Positions 8,665 to 17,702 of a DNA stretch of 29,288 bases are shown piece after piece. The notes beneath the pieces were generated by a model. That model was not told the origin of the DNA. It worked only from the letters and a program-made list of their open reading frames with translations, and searched no databases. The stretch comes from Pseudomonadota bacterium (GTDB taxonomy: Bacteria > Bdellovibrionota_B > Oligoflexia > Oligoflexales > CAIYRB01), in contig JANOTL010000168.1 of the NCBI GenBank assembly GCA_031416315.1, forward strand, positions 1-29,288. The letters are read 5' to 3'. A program made the translations under genes and the position numbers. Each line of letters opens with the position of its first letter. Positions within the stretch are counted from its first letter, which is position 1.

Positions 8665-8670
8665 ACCGCA

Positions 8671-9696
8671 TAAACTGCCCTACATGTCTGCGCCCACCCG
8701 CTGATGTCGCTTAACTTGGCGCGCGGACTGGATGAAAGTTGCCCTCTTTGAGGGAGGCTTTCAATGCGTTGCAAGCACTGTCATGAAACTTCCGGAGTGT
8801 TGAAGAAGGGCAGTTTTCTGCGGAAAACCGGCCTCAGGGCGAAGATCCGTCGGTATTTCTGTCGTCTTTGCCGCCGCCACTTTTCGGAGCAAACCGACGC
8901 TCTTTGTCGGGGCCACCGGCGGCCGGAGCTCAACGGAATTGTCGCGGCTCTCTTAGCCTCAGGAGTGTCGCAGCGTCGCACTGCAAAGCTACTCGGCACG
9001 ACGCAGGTGACGGTGGCGCGCAAGCTCGTCCGCATTGGCCTCTTCGCTGCGCGCTATGAAGCGACACGTTGGCAGAAGGAGGCGGGGACTGTGAAAGTTA
9101 TTAACTTCGACGAGATGGAATCGTTTGAGCACTCGAAGTGTAAGCCCTTGGCCATCGCCGTTGCGGTGGAGCAAGGCACCGAGCGAATCATCGACGCCAA
9201 GGTCTCACGCATGCCCGCCAAAGGTCGCTTGGCGGTCATCGCACGTCGCCGCTACGGCTATCGAAAAGACTGTCGTTCTAACGGTTTGCGTAAAGTTCTG
9301 CGGACCTCGGCCATGGCGGGCACATACGACGTAAAGTTGAAATCGGACTCTTGCCCCCGCTACCCGAAGCTCGTTGCCGCGTGCGTCCCAAACGCGACGC
9401 TCGAAACCTCCCTCAGTCGCAAGGCTTGTGTTGTAGGGCAAGGCGAGCTCAAGGCGGGAGGCTTTGACCCGCTCTTCTACATCAACCACGCATGCGCCAT
9501 GTACCGTGACAATGTAAAGCGACTAACTCGCCGCACGTGGTGCACGACCAAGCGCCCTGATCGCCTACAGGCACTGGTCGACCTATACCGATTCGTTCAT
9601 AACGCTATGATCGACCACAAGCTGGCCCAAATGAGTCCAGGTCGCAGCGGCGGACTTTTGTCTTTGATTGCAGGCGCAGGTATGTAGAGCAGTTTG
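8671..9696 (+). mobile_element. IS1-related insertion sequence, copy 2, complete (~1026 bp)
   Basis: IRs 8672-8694 AAACTGCCCTACATGTCTGCGCC and 9673-9695 (reverse complement AAACTGCTCTACATACCTGCGCC), 20/23. Flanking direct repeat TAAACCGCA at 8662-8670 and 9697-9705. Visibly lower GC than neighbours. Confidence 0.9.
8764..9687 (+). CDS. IS1-like transposase (Zn ribbon, HTH, RNase H-like domain)
   Basis: CKHC...CRLC, SGVSQRRTAKLLG HTH, FDEME, KSDSCPRY, INHACAMYRDNVKRLTRRTWCTTK. Stop lies inside the IRR. Confidence 0.88.
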   Translation: MRCKHCHETSGVLKKGSFLRKTGLRAKIRRYFCRLCRRHFSEQTDALCRGHRRPELNGIVAALLASGVSQRRTAKLLGTTQVTVARKLVRIGLFAARYEATRWQKEAGTVKVINFDEMESFEHSKCKPLAIAVAVEQGTERIIDAKVSRMPAKGRLAVIARRRYGYRKDCRSNGLRKVLRTSAMAGTYDVKLKSDSCPRYPKLVAACVPNATLETSLSRKACVVGQGELKAGGFDPLFYINHACAMYRDNVKRLTRRTWCTTKRPDRLQALVDLYRFVHNAMIDHKLAQMSPGRSGGLLSLIAGAGM

Positions 9697-9780
9697 TAAA
9701 CCGCATCTCCCGATTATTGCATGGGAGTGGCCCCGGGCATTCCGCCTGGCCGTCATGATGAAGATGGGGAGAGACCAAAC

Positions 9781-10077
9781 ATGGAATCGACGCAAGAATC
9801 GAAGATCGAGGAGCATCGTGAGGGACCGGTCGCCAAGACGATCGAGAACCAGACCGCGAAGATCCCGTCCGACGTGTTCCTCTGGGGCGCCGGCGCCGCG
9901 ATCGTCGGCTCCCTCGGGCTGCAGCTGATGAAGAAGGCGAAACTCGCCAATTTTGTCGGCCAATGGGTGCCGACGATCCTGATCCTCGGCCTTTACAACA
10001 AGATCGTGAAGGTCGCCGGCTCGGATCGCGCCGAAAAAGACGACGAGTTCGACACGGCCTCCCCTTCGCTGCACTGA
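9781..10077 (+). CDS. Conserved small membrane protein (stress-associated type), function unknown
   Basis: GGGAGAG plus ATG 9781. HREGPVAKTIENQTAKIPSDVFLW...FVGQW.P.ILILGLYNKIVKVAGSD with hydrophobic segments. Confidence 0.75.
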   Translation: MESTQESKIEEHREGPVAKTIENQTAKIPSDVFLWGAGAAIVGSLGLQLMKKAKLANFVGQWVPTILILGLYNKIVKVAGSDRAEKDDEFDTASPSLH

Positions 10078-10133
10078 CCTGCACTTAGAGGACGGTCGTT
10101 CTCAGGAGCCAATCTCCCACGAAAGGCGAATCC

Positions 10134-10295
10134 GTGACCAACACGAAGAAGAAGACGGCGCATAAAGCCGAGCATAAGCCGCATGTGACCACCGGCGGCC
10201 CGAAAGAGGCGAAGCCAAGCAAAAAGGCGGCGGCAACCGTCGCCAAACAGGTTCAGGAGGAGTCTCCGGAGGCCACCGGCCACAACGATATTTGA
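10134..10295 (+). CDS. Small Lys/Ala-rich disordered protein (53 aa, below the ORF-track cutoff)
   Basis: AAAGG plus GTG. MTNTKKKTAHKAEHKPHVTTGGPKEAKPSKKAAATVAKQVQEESPEATGHNDI* fills the gap between co-directional genes. Confidence 0.55.
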   Translation: MTNTKKKTAHKAEHKPHVTTGGPKEAKPSKKAAATVAKQVQEESPEATGHNDI

Positions 10296-10343
10296 AGCGA
10301 ATCCTGAGGCGCTTCCCATGAGAAGCGCCTAAACTGTTGCCTC

Positions 10344-10919
10344 ATGAGCCTCAGACCGCATGTCTTCGGATTCCGTCTCGCTGCCCTGGACGCCCTTTTC
10401 GGCTCCAAGGATCAAGCGATCCTCGAGCGGCTGACCGCCGCTGCGAGCGCGCAGTTCGCGGACGACCCGAACCTTGCGCGCGAAGTATCGACGATCCTCC
10501 GCCGCGCGCTCTTCGACGGCGTGCCGTTCGACGATCTCGAAGACGAAGGGGCGGCGCACGTTTGGGCGGCGCACATCCTCGCAGGAGCCGGCCAGGAGCT
10601 CTGGGATTCCGGCTCGAACGTCTGGAAGGTCCAGCCCCCGGAGATTTTCTTCGACGAGGGCGCCCAACTTTCCCCGCGCTGCGAAGAGCTGCTCGAGCTC
10701 CTGCTGGGCCGCGCCCTCTTCGGCGAGTCGATCGAGTCGGAAAGGACGACGTACGCCTGGCTCACGCATGCCGAAGTGAAGGAACTCGCCGTCGAGCTCG
10801 CCGGGGAGGCGACGAGCACGCTGAAAAATCCAGTGATCGCCGCCCTAATCGACGCCTTCCGCGGGTGGCTCAATGAGCTCGAGGCGCGTGGTCTGGACCT
10901 CTGGTACCTCGCCAATTAG
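10344..10919 (+). CDS. Hypothetical acidic cytoplasmic protein
   Basis: 191-aa ORF with typical codon usage and globular composition. Ends RGWLNELEARGLDLWYLAN. Confidence 0.7.
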   Translation: MSLRPHVFGFRLAALDALFGSKDQAILERLTAAASAQFADDPNLAREVSTILRRALFDGVPFDDLEDEGAAHVWAAHILAGAGQELWDSGSNVWKVQPPEIFFDEGAQLSPRCEELLELLLGRALFGESIESERTTYAWLTHAEVKELAVELAGEATSTLKNPVIAALIDAFRGWLNELEARGLDLWYLAN

Positions 10920-10937
10920 ACGCGGAAGGCTGCTTTT

Positions 10938-10953
10938 TGGCTCGGGCCTTGCA
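10938..10953 (+). promoter_or_regulatory. Putative sigma54 promoter
   Basis: TGGCTCGGGCCTTGCA (GG 10939-10940, GC 10951-10952), upstream of the membrane protein gene. Confidence 0.5.
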
Positions 10954-11021
10954 AATCCCGCATCGCCCGATTCAGGGCCATGAATCCACCACCCTCCCCC
11001 TGCGCAAAGCGAGCCCTCAGC

Positions 11022-11648
11022 ATGGTTCAAGTCGACGTTTTTTGGTCTTACGGCCTGGCCTCCGGCCTGGCTCTCGCCGGTCGCGAGCAACTTCGTCGCG
11101 AGGCGACGCCGTTCGACAACCGCGTCTTCACCGGCATGTTGTTGTGGATCGCGCTCCTCTTCGCGCCGTCGGGCGTCTACCTGCTCTGGGCCTTCCCCTC
11201 GTGGGAGACGATGTTCGTCGCGCCCGATCACGCCGCGATTCCGGCGTGGCTCGTCGCGCTCTTCGCGTTGACGAATGTCAGTCAAGCCGTTCTCGGCTTC
11301 TACGTGACTTGGCGCTGCTTGCGCGCCGGGCGCGACCGCGTCGCATGGCTGCAGACGATCGGCAGTCACGCCGCGATGCTCTTCGTCCTGGTCGTCGGCT
11401 GGGACGGCACCGGCATCCAGCGCTTCACCTACACCGGCACCGCGGCCGATTTCGCCACCGGCGTCGCGTATCCTTGGCGCGCGTTCATCGGCTCTCCGGT
11501 GTTCGTCGCGCTTGCGGTGATGGGCCTCGTTCTCGTACCGTCTTACGCGTGGCTCTGCCGCGCGTTTGCACGCATGACAAGCGCTAAAAGCGCTTACTCC
11601 ACTCCAAAAGCGCCGTCCCAGCAGCCTGCCCCGTCTGCTCGTCCTTAG
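11022..11648 (+). CDS. Polytopic integral membrane protein, function unknown
   Basis: MVQVDVFWSYG... with about five hydrophobic helices, FAPSGVYLLWAFPSWETM, GWDGTGIQRF. Start could instead be 10980. Confidence 0.8.
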   Translation: MVQVDVFWSYGLASGLALAGREQLRREATPFDNRVFTGMLLWIALLFAPSGVYLLWAFPSWETMFVAPDHAAIPAWLVALFALTNVSQAVLGFYVTWRCLRAGRDRVAWLQTIGSHAAMLFVLVVGWDGTGIQRFTYTGTAADFATGVAYPWRAFIGSPVFVALAVMGLVLVPSYAWLCRAFARMTSAKSAYSTPKAPSQQPAPSARP

Positions 11649-14600
11649 ACAAGTCCGTCTCTACCGACCACGTACTACTGAGGCGCCGCCGCAGGCCCAC
11701 CCGCTGATCGGCCTCCTGCGTCGTCCCGAGATTGAGCGAGGTGCGGCTGTCGAGCCGCACCTTCGCGTTGAAGGACTTGGTCGCGGGATTGTAACGCACG
11801 CTCTCGATCGGCGTCGTCGCCAAGAGATACAAAGACGCGAGTCCCACCATCCGGTCGGCGAAGGCCGCGCTGAGGTCGTCGGCCGTCTGCAGCTGGTCGT
11901 CGTCCGCGTTCGCCGCGTCTTGTCCGTAAAGCAAGATGGAGATGATCTCGCGCTCCGTACGGATCGGCGTGCTCTCGAAGGCGATGATCGGCTCCTCGGT
12001 CGTGCCGCGGATGCGGATGTTGATGACGATATCGGTGTATTTGAACTCGATGTTACCGTCGACCGTGGGGCTCTCCTCCTCCCCGGCGGGCAACCCGATC
12101 GCCACCGACTTCACGTCGGCCTTGCGGCGGAAGACCTCGAAGCCGAACTCCTCGATCCGGATCATGCCGCGCATGCCGCTGTTGTCCAGCACGACGCCTT
12201 CGACGCTGATCGGGACGACGCTCGAGGTCAGGTTCGTGCTGATGCGCACCGGGTTGGTCTTCCGCGTGTCGATCTCGACGTGGTACGCGAGCGGATTCTC
12301 GTCGACAGCCACCTCCGGCTTGCACTTCGCGACCTCGATGCGCCGATCGGGGAAGAGCATCGGAAACCGCTCGCGCAGCGAGAACCGCGGCAAGGTCAGC
12401 GCGATGTCGTCGAGCGTCACCTTCGTCGTCACCGATTTCTTCGGCACAGCCGAGCCCAGCTCGCTCAGCCCGAATGCGCCCACGGCGCCGACGTTGAAGC
12501 GCTGATCCTTCGACCGGAGCGCCGCCTTGAACTCGAACGGCAGCTCCACCTTGCGCGTGGTCGAATCGCCGCGCAGCCTGACGGAGACCTTACTGAAGCC
12601 CTCGAGCTCGTTGAACGGCGCGATGATCGCGTAAGGGGTGTGCTGAAGCTTGTCGACGATGACCGCGAAGCTCTCGATCGCGAGGTCTAAGCCGCCGCGC
12701 GTGGACCATGTCGGATTCTGCGCCGGCGCGTCCTGGGCCGCGACGAAGTCGCCCTCGACTTTGCCCGCGATGCTGAACCCGTCGGGCTTCGCCTTGAACT
12801 CGACCTCTCGCAAGCCGACCGACGCCGCGCCGCGCCAGACCGGCTTCGGCCCGGCTTCGCCGACGACGGCCAAAGAGGTCGTGATGCCGGCCGTCACCGT
12901 TTCCGCCTTACCGTGCGCCTGCGCCTCGGGCGCGGTGAGAAGCGCCGTCAGCCCGATCGGACAGGTCGCGTCGAGCCGCGCCGTAGGCAGCCCGTCGGCG
13001 TACTGCAGATCGAGCTTGCACGAGCTCAGAGTGATCGCCTGCAGGTCGAGATTCGGCCCCGGCGGCGGCGACTCGCACGCCTCCTCCGGCGTCACGCTCG
13101 GAAGCACGACTCGGGCGAGTCCCGAAATCAGGGACAGTTTGCCCTGAAGCGCCAGGTTCGTCGCGCGCGGGCTCACCTCGCCCGCGATCGTCACCGTTGA
13201 CGCCGAAAGCCCTTTGATGCCTTGGCCCGTGACCGTCCCGCGCAGAACGACCGTCTCGGCGCGTTCTTCCCGTCCGCTCAGGGCGACGCTCACCGACTCG
13301 CCGGTCGGCAACGCGGCGGAGGCGCTCAAAGTTCCCGCGAGCGGCCCCTCGGGCGTCTGACCGCCGTCGAACTCGAGGCGCACGCGCTCTCCTGTCGAGA
13401 ACGCGGCCGCTGCGCGCAGGTTCCCGCGGTATGGCCCCTGCAGCGGCCGCTCGCCCGATCCGGCCCGCGCCGTCAGCTCGACCGTGCGCAGCCGCTCCGC
13501 AAGGCCCGGATCCGCCGACTGCGAAAGGCTCGGCAGTATTGTCGCCTCGAGTAGCCAGGCGCTTCCACCGGGCGCGGGAGCCAAGCTCAAGTCGACCTTC
13601 CCCCGCGCCACTGCCGGCTGCCGCACGCCGCGCTCCGTCGGCACGACGACGATCTCGCCGAAACGCACGTGGTAATGCTCGGGATCGCGGTTGGCGAAAG
13701 GAAGGGCGCGCCAATCGAAAGCGTCCGCCTCGGCCGCTGCGCTCGTCACGGGCGCGCCACTCGATGCTTCCGCGGCGCCGTCTGGCAGGATCACGACCAT
13801 TTTCTCGGAGGCGGCGCTCGCCCGTTCGACCGAAGCGAGGCTCCACCCGCCGTCACCGGCCGCTTTCGCGAGCGTCGCACCCAGATCCACTCGCTCCAGA
13901 CAACCGTCCGCATAAGGAATCTCGAGGCACAGATCCTTGGCCTTCACGCGAGCCTCGATCTCGCTCACGCTCGACAGGGACGCATGCTTCGGCACCGACG
14001 CGAACGCTTCGACGCTTCCCTCGAACGTCCACGGCACGCCGTCGATCACGACGCGCACTTCGGTGTCGCGGACCTGAACCTCAGCCTGCTCCAGGCTCGC
14101 GCCGCTCACGAGCTTAGGCATCACGAACGGCTCTTCCGGCGCCACCCGCACAGGTTCCGCCGGCCCGCCCTCGCCGAAGATCAGGCGCACGTCGCGCGCC
14201 GAGACCTTGACCGGCCCGAGCTGCGTCACCCGTACGAACCCCAACGCATCGAGCCCCAGAGCCGCCTTCACCGAAACGTGCTGCACGCAGGCGTCTTTCC
14301 GCGCGGCTTTCCAGCTCCACGGCACCGACTCGCGCCAGCAGATCGGGGCCCATCCAGCCTCGGCGTCGTTGACCGAGATGGCGAGGCGGCCGGCCTCCGG
14401 CATGCGCAAGGAGACTTGCAACGGGCCGTCGAGCGCCCCCGCATCGGTCATGACCCGCACGCGATCGAAGCTCAAGCGCGCGGGCTCGAACACCGCCTCG
14501 GCGAGAATCCAGGGCACCTCGATTCGATCAGGATCGAACGTCGAAGGTTCCGCCTCCGGCGCCGGGGCGAAGGGCCCCACCGCGAGCTTGCCGCCCGAGA

Positions 14601-14964
14601 CGAACACGCCGCCGATGCGCGTCACCCGCAGAAAGCGCGGGAAATCGGCGAGCCGCCAGCCCAGATCCACGGCCCCGATCAGGCTCTCGGCGCAAAAATC
14701 CAGGGGCACGCTGTCCACGGCCACGCAGAGGCCGCGAAAATCCCAGGCGAACCGATGCGTCCACCGCTCGGGTGTCGAGCTTTCCAGCGCGACCTCGCGC
14801 CAGGAGGCTTCGACGCCGACCTTTTGTAGGAGCCCCGGCGCGTAAGACAAGGTGCGCTCGTTGAAGAGCCAGCTCGGCCGAAAGAACAGCACGAAGACGA
14901 GGCTCCCCGCCGCCGCGGCGAGGAGCGCCAGGAATCCGAGCAAGATCTTTACGGCGAGCCGCAT
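11584..14964 (-). CDS. TamB/AsmA-like translocation and assembly module protein
   Basis: N-terminal TM anchor, long beta-rich body, C-terminal IRGTTEEPIIAFESTP...EIISILLYG motif, ends LEWSKRF. Starts just after the Omp85 gene stop. Confidence 0.8.
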   Translation of the reverse strand: MRLAVKILLGFLALLAAAAGSLVFVLFFRPSWLFNERTLSYAPGLLQKVGVEASWREVALESSTPERWTHRFAWDFRGLCVAVDSVPLDFCAESLIGAVDLGWRLADFPRFLRVTRIGGVFVSGGKLAVGPFAPAPEAEPSTFDPDRIEVPWILAEAVFEPARLSFDRVRVMTDAGALDGPLQVSLRMPEAGRLAISVNDAEAGWAPICWRESVPWSWKAARKDACVQHVSVKAALGLDALGFVRVTQLGPVKVSARDVRLIFGEGGPAEPVRVAPEEPFVMPKLVSGASLEQAEVQVRDTEVRVVIDGVPWTFEGSVEAFASVPKHASLSSVSEIEARVKAKDLCLEIPYADGCLERVDLGATLAKAAGDGGWSLASVERASAASEKMVVILPDGAAEASSGAPVTSAAAEADAFDWRALPFANRDPEHYHVRFGEIVVVPTERGVRQPAVARGKVDLSLAPAPGGSAWLLEATILPSLSQSADPGLAERLRTVELTARAGSGERPLQGPYRGNLRAAAAFSTGERVRLEFDGGQTPEGPLAGTLSASAALPTGESVSVALSGREERAETVVLRGTVTGQGIKGLSASTVTIAGEVSPRATNLALQGKLSLISGLARVVLPSVTPEEACESPPPGPNLDLQAITLSSCKLDLQYADGLPTARLDATCPIGLTALLTAPEAQAHGKAETVTAGITTSLAVVGEAGPKPVWRGAASVGLREVEFKAKPDGFSIAGKVEGDFVAAQDAPAQNPTWSTRGGLDLAIESFAVIVDKLQHTPYAIIAPFNELEGFSKVSVRLRGDSTTRKVELPFEFKAALRSKDQRFNVGAVGAFGLSELGSAVPKKSVTTKVTLDDIALTLPRFSLRERFPMLFPDRRIEVAKCKPEVAVDENPLAYHVEIDTRKTNPVRISTNLTSSVVPISVEGVVLDNSGMRGMIRIEEFGFEVFRRKADVKSVAIGLPAGEEESPTVDGNIEFKYTDIVINIRIRGTTEEPIIAFESTPIRTEREIISILLYGQDAANADDDQLQTADDLSAAFADRMVGLASLYLLATTPIESVRYNPATKSFNAKVRLDSRTSLNLGTTQEADQRVGLRRRLSSTWSVETDLSKDEQTGQAAGTALLEWSKRF

Positions 14965-14965
14965 G

Positions 14966-16693
14966 TCAGAACTCTTCTCCAAAGCTGAGGAACGCCGTCA
15001 ACCGCGGCTGAAAGCGCGCGGCGACCCTCTCGTCCTCGGTCCGCACCAAACCCCGCGCCACGCTGCCCCGCAAACTGCCGATTGGCGACTGCCAGCGCAC
15101 GCCGAAGCCCGGTGAGTAATAGATGGTCGGGTCGAAGATCCAGCCGCCCGGCCCGATCTGCCCCGCGTCCAGGAACCCAAACGGCTGGATACCGTACGGC
15201 ACGATGGTCACGAGCCGCGTCTCCGAGCCGACGGTGACCAGCGTGCGCGCGCCCTTCTCCTTCGACGGCACGGTCCGCCGCACGAAGCCGCGCACGTCGT
15301 CGGAGCCGCCGAGATAGTGGAGGTACTGATCCGGCAGCTCGACGTCCGCGTCCGCATCCGTGTTCGCGACGCGCGCGCGGATGCCGAAGACGAGCAGCGG
15401 CGGCTCGAGCATCGCCGTGTTGAAGAGGACCTGGCCGTTGGCCGTGAACGTGTCGACGGCCATCGTCGAGAGCGTGCGATCCGACGCGGTCGTGTAGCGC
15501 CAGTCGACGAAATGCCCGGTACGCGGCGAGCCGCGGAAGAACTCGTAGGCGTGGCTCAGCACGCGTCCGCTCACCTCGGCCTCGAGGATCCGCGCGAAAT
15601 CCGGCGCCTCACCGCGGAACGTCCGCACGTGGTTCAGGTTTGGCCCCGTGTAAACGCGCCAGTAGCGCCCCCAGAAATCGCGATAGGCGCCGAGGTGCCA
15701 CGACGCCGTGGTCGTCTGTGCCTCGCTCTCCTTCTCGCTTTGCCGGTCGAACGCCAGTCGCGGCTTGAAGTGAAAAGCCGACGGCGTCGCGAGGAAGTAC
15801 CAGTCGAAGCTGGCCTCGATCCGCTGCTTGACGTAGTTCGCCGAGAGGACGGCGTCGAAACGCGAGGCGTTGGCGTCCACGCGCGCGTTGCGGTAGCTGC
15901 TGCGCACCAGGAAATAGGTCTCGGTGTTCACGCCGAAGCCGACCGACATGCGCCGCGCCGGCCCGGTCACGGCGCGATGCTGCACCAAGGCGCCGTCGGG
16001 CTCGCAGGTGCTGACCATGTAGGTGCTGGCGAGGATATCCTCCGAGCGGATGCGCTCGTTGGCGATGAACACCAGGTCGCCGTCGTACCAGTCGCCCTCG
16101 GTCAGCGGAAAGTAGCGGCGTAGCGTCAACGGGCGAAGATCGACCGACTGCTCCTCGTCGATCCGCTTGACGCGCAGCCGCGGCCCGTTCTGAGCGGTGA
16201 CGGTCATCGAGCGCTCCGGCGCGTCGGCGGTCGCCTCGACGGACGGGCACGGATAGCCGCGACTCTCGATCCTGCCCCGCACCAGGTCCTCGTATTCATT
16301 GAGGAGCCCCGGCGTCAGCGTCTTGCGCGGCGGCACCCAAAACCGGCTGAAGTCGAGCTCGGCAGGCATCCCCTCGCCGCGCAGGATCTTGATCCGCGTC
16401 TTGTCGCCGATCTCGACGACGAGGACCGTGCCTTCGCGCCCGAACGTCGGCTGAAAATAGCCGCGGGACTGAAGGAAGGACACGATGAATTGCTTCACCT
16501 GGCTTTCCGACGGATCGGCCCACGGCGCGTTCTTCTCGTCGCCGCAAAGCAGGCGCTTTTCCGTCTCGCTGAAGTTGAGCTCGACCTCGCCGCGCATCAG
16601 GAGCTCGGGACACAACTTCACGTCTTCCGCCGCGGCCCAAGGGGCCAGGCAAAGGCAGGCGAAACCGAGTAAAAAAAGGGTGCGCGCCAGCAT
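14966..16693 (-). CDS. Omp85 family (TamA/BamA-like) outer membrane protein
   Basis: Signal peptide MLARTLFLLGFACLCLAPWAAA, POTRA-like LQSRGYF and ESRGYP, loop motif GGSDDVRGF, GFGVRWQSPIGSLR, terminal Phe (FGEEF). Confidence 0.88.
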   Translation of the reverse strand: MLARTLFLLGFACLCLAPWAAAEDVKLCPELLMRGEVELNFSETEKRLLCGDEKNAPWADPSESQVKQFIVSFLQSRGYFQPTFGREGTVLVVEIGDKTRIKILRGEGMPAELDFSRFWVPPRKTLTPGLLNEYEDLVRGRIESRGYPCPSVEATADAPERSMTVTAQNGPRLRVKRIDEEQSVDLRPLTLRRYFPLTEGDWYDGDLVFIANERIRSEDILASTYMVSTCEPDGALVQHRAVTGPARRMSVGFGVNTETYFLVRSSYRNARVDANASRFDAVLSANYVKQRIEASFDWYFLATPSAFHFKPRLAFDRQSEKESEAQTTTASWHLGAYRDFWGRYWRVYTGPNLNHVRTFRGEAPDFARILEAEVSGRVLSHAYEFFRGSPRTGHFVDWRYTTASDRTLSTMAVDTFTANGQVLFNTAMLEPPLLVFGIRARVANTDADADVELPDQYLHYLGGSDDVRGFVRRTVPSKEKGARTLVTVGSETRLVTIVPYGIQPFGFLDAGQIGPGGWIFDPTIYYSPGFGVRWQSPIGSLRGSVARGLVRTEDERVAARFQPRLTAFLSFGEEF

Positions 16694-16726
16694 GAGGCCG
16701 CCTTGATACCATGCACGGGGGGCAAC

Positions 16727-17422
16727 GTGGAAATCACCAGAGTGACGACGCCGCAGCTGAAGACGCTGCTGGATCATTACCGCCGGACGACGCCGGCGGC
16801 GCATCATCAGCGGTTCCTAATTTACTTGCGCCAGGTTGCCGCGCGCTATGAAGCCGAATTGCTTCAGCTAGAGCCGGGCATCACGCGGGCTCGGGCGGCG
16901 CTGCGCCTCCTGGACGAGGAAGTGGATCGTTCCCACGTCATCCCGTCCACCTGTCGCGAAGGCTGCGCCCACTGCTGCACCCTCCCCGTCGAGGTCACCG
17001 CGGACGAGGCGGCCCTGCTCGCGGAGGCGGTGCGCGACGGCTGCGAGATCGCCCTCGACCGCCTGGCGGACCAGGCCCGGCGGGAAAAGCACGACCCCGC
17101 CTGGAGAAGCCGCACCGATCCCGGCAATCGTTGCGCGTTCTTACGCGCCGAGGGCACGTGCAGCGCCTACGACCGTCGCCCGAGCGCTTGCCGAAAGCAC
17201 CTCGTCATCAGCCCTCCGGGCGCCTGCGCCCAGCCCGGCGGGGAGCCCCAGGCGATTTCGATCCCCCTAGGCGAAGTCCTCGTAAGCGTCGCTCTGAGCC
17301 TCCCGGAAAACTCGATCGCCTCTTTGGCTCGAAGCGTCACCTTGGCCATGGAGCGGAATTTGCAAAGCGACGGCGAACGCAACCGGGCCGAGCCGATCGG
17401 AGATGAACCATGCCAAGCCTAG
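16727..17422 (+). CDS. YkgJ-family (CxxCxxCC-type) Zn/Fe-S cluster protein
   Basis: CREGCAHCC, CAFL..EGTCSAYDRRPSACR. Start uncertain (16703/16727/16742). Confidence 0.85.
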   Translation: MEITRVTTPQLKTLLDHYRRTTPAAHHQRFLIYLRQVAARYEAELLQLEPGITRARAALRLLDEEVDRSHVIPSTCREGCAHCCTLPVEVTADEAALLAEAVRDGCEIALDRLADQARREKHDPAWRSRTDPGNRCAFLRAEGTCSAYDRRPSACRKHLVISPPGACAQPGGEPQAISIPLGEVLVSVALSLPENSIASLARSVTLAMERNLQSDGERNRAEPIGDEPCQA

Positions 17423-17628
17423 GCGCCCTAAACCTCGCCGTGATCTTCGACCAAGTGGCCGGCCGCTGGCCCCGTCTCACGGCCCGCGACCTCCGCACTC
17501 TCCGCCGCCGCCCCGACGAGATCTTCGAGATCATGTGGGTTCGTTACGGCTACCTGAACGAGCGCGTCGCCCGCGAGCTCTCCGAGATGGCGCAGGACGC
17601 GCAAGGGTCGGACGCCATCGCGTCTTGA
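17410..17628 (+). CDS. CsbD/YjbJ-like small protein
   Basis: GGAG plus ATG. RWPRLTARDL...DEIFEIMWVRYGYLNERVARELSEM resembles the CsbD pattern WGKLTDDDL...ERYGYAKEQAEREV. Confidence 0.55.
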   Translation: MPSLGALNLAVIFDQVAGRWPRLTARDLRTLRRRPDEIFEIMWVRYGYLNERVARELSEMAQDAQGSDAIAS

Positions 17629-17702
17629 GGTCATTCACCGCCGCAGCGACCGCTGCGAGCCATGGTGCCAACCCGCCCCGCGCCGTGCTACTGTGTCGCC
17701 CT

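Noticed and set aside
6736..9696. Composite transposon carrying the katE fragment
   Set aside because: The two IS belong to different families and each has its own intact flanking duplication.
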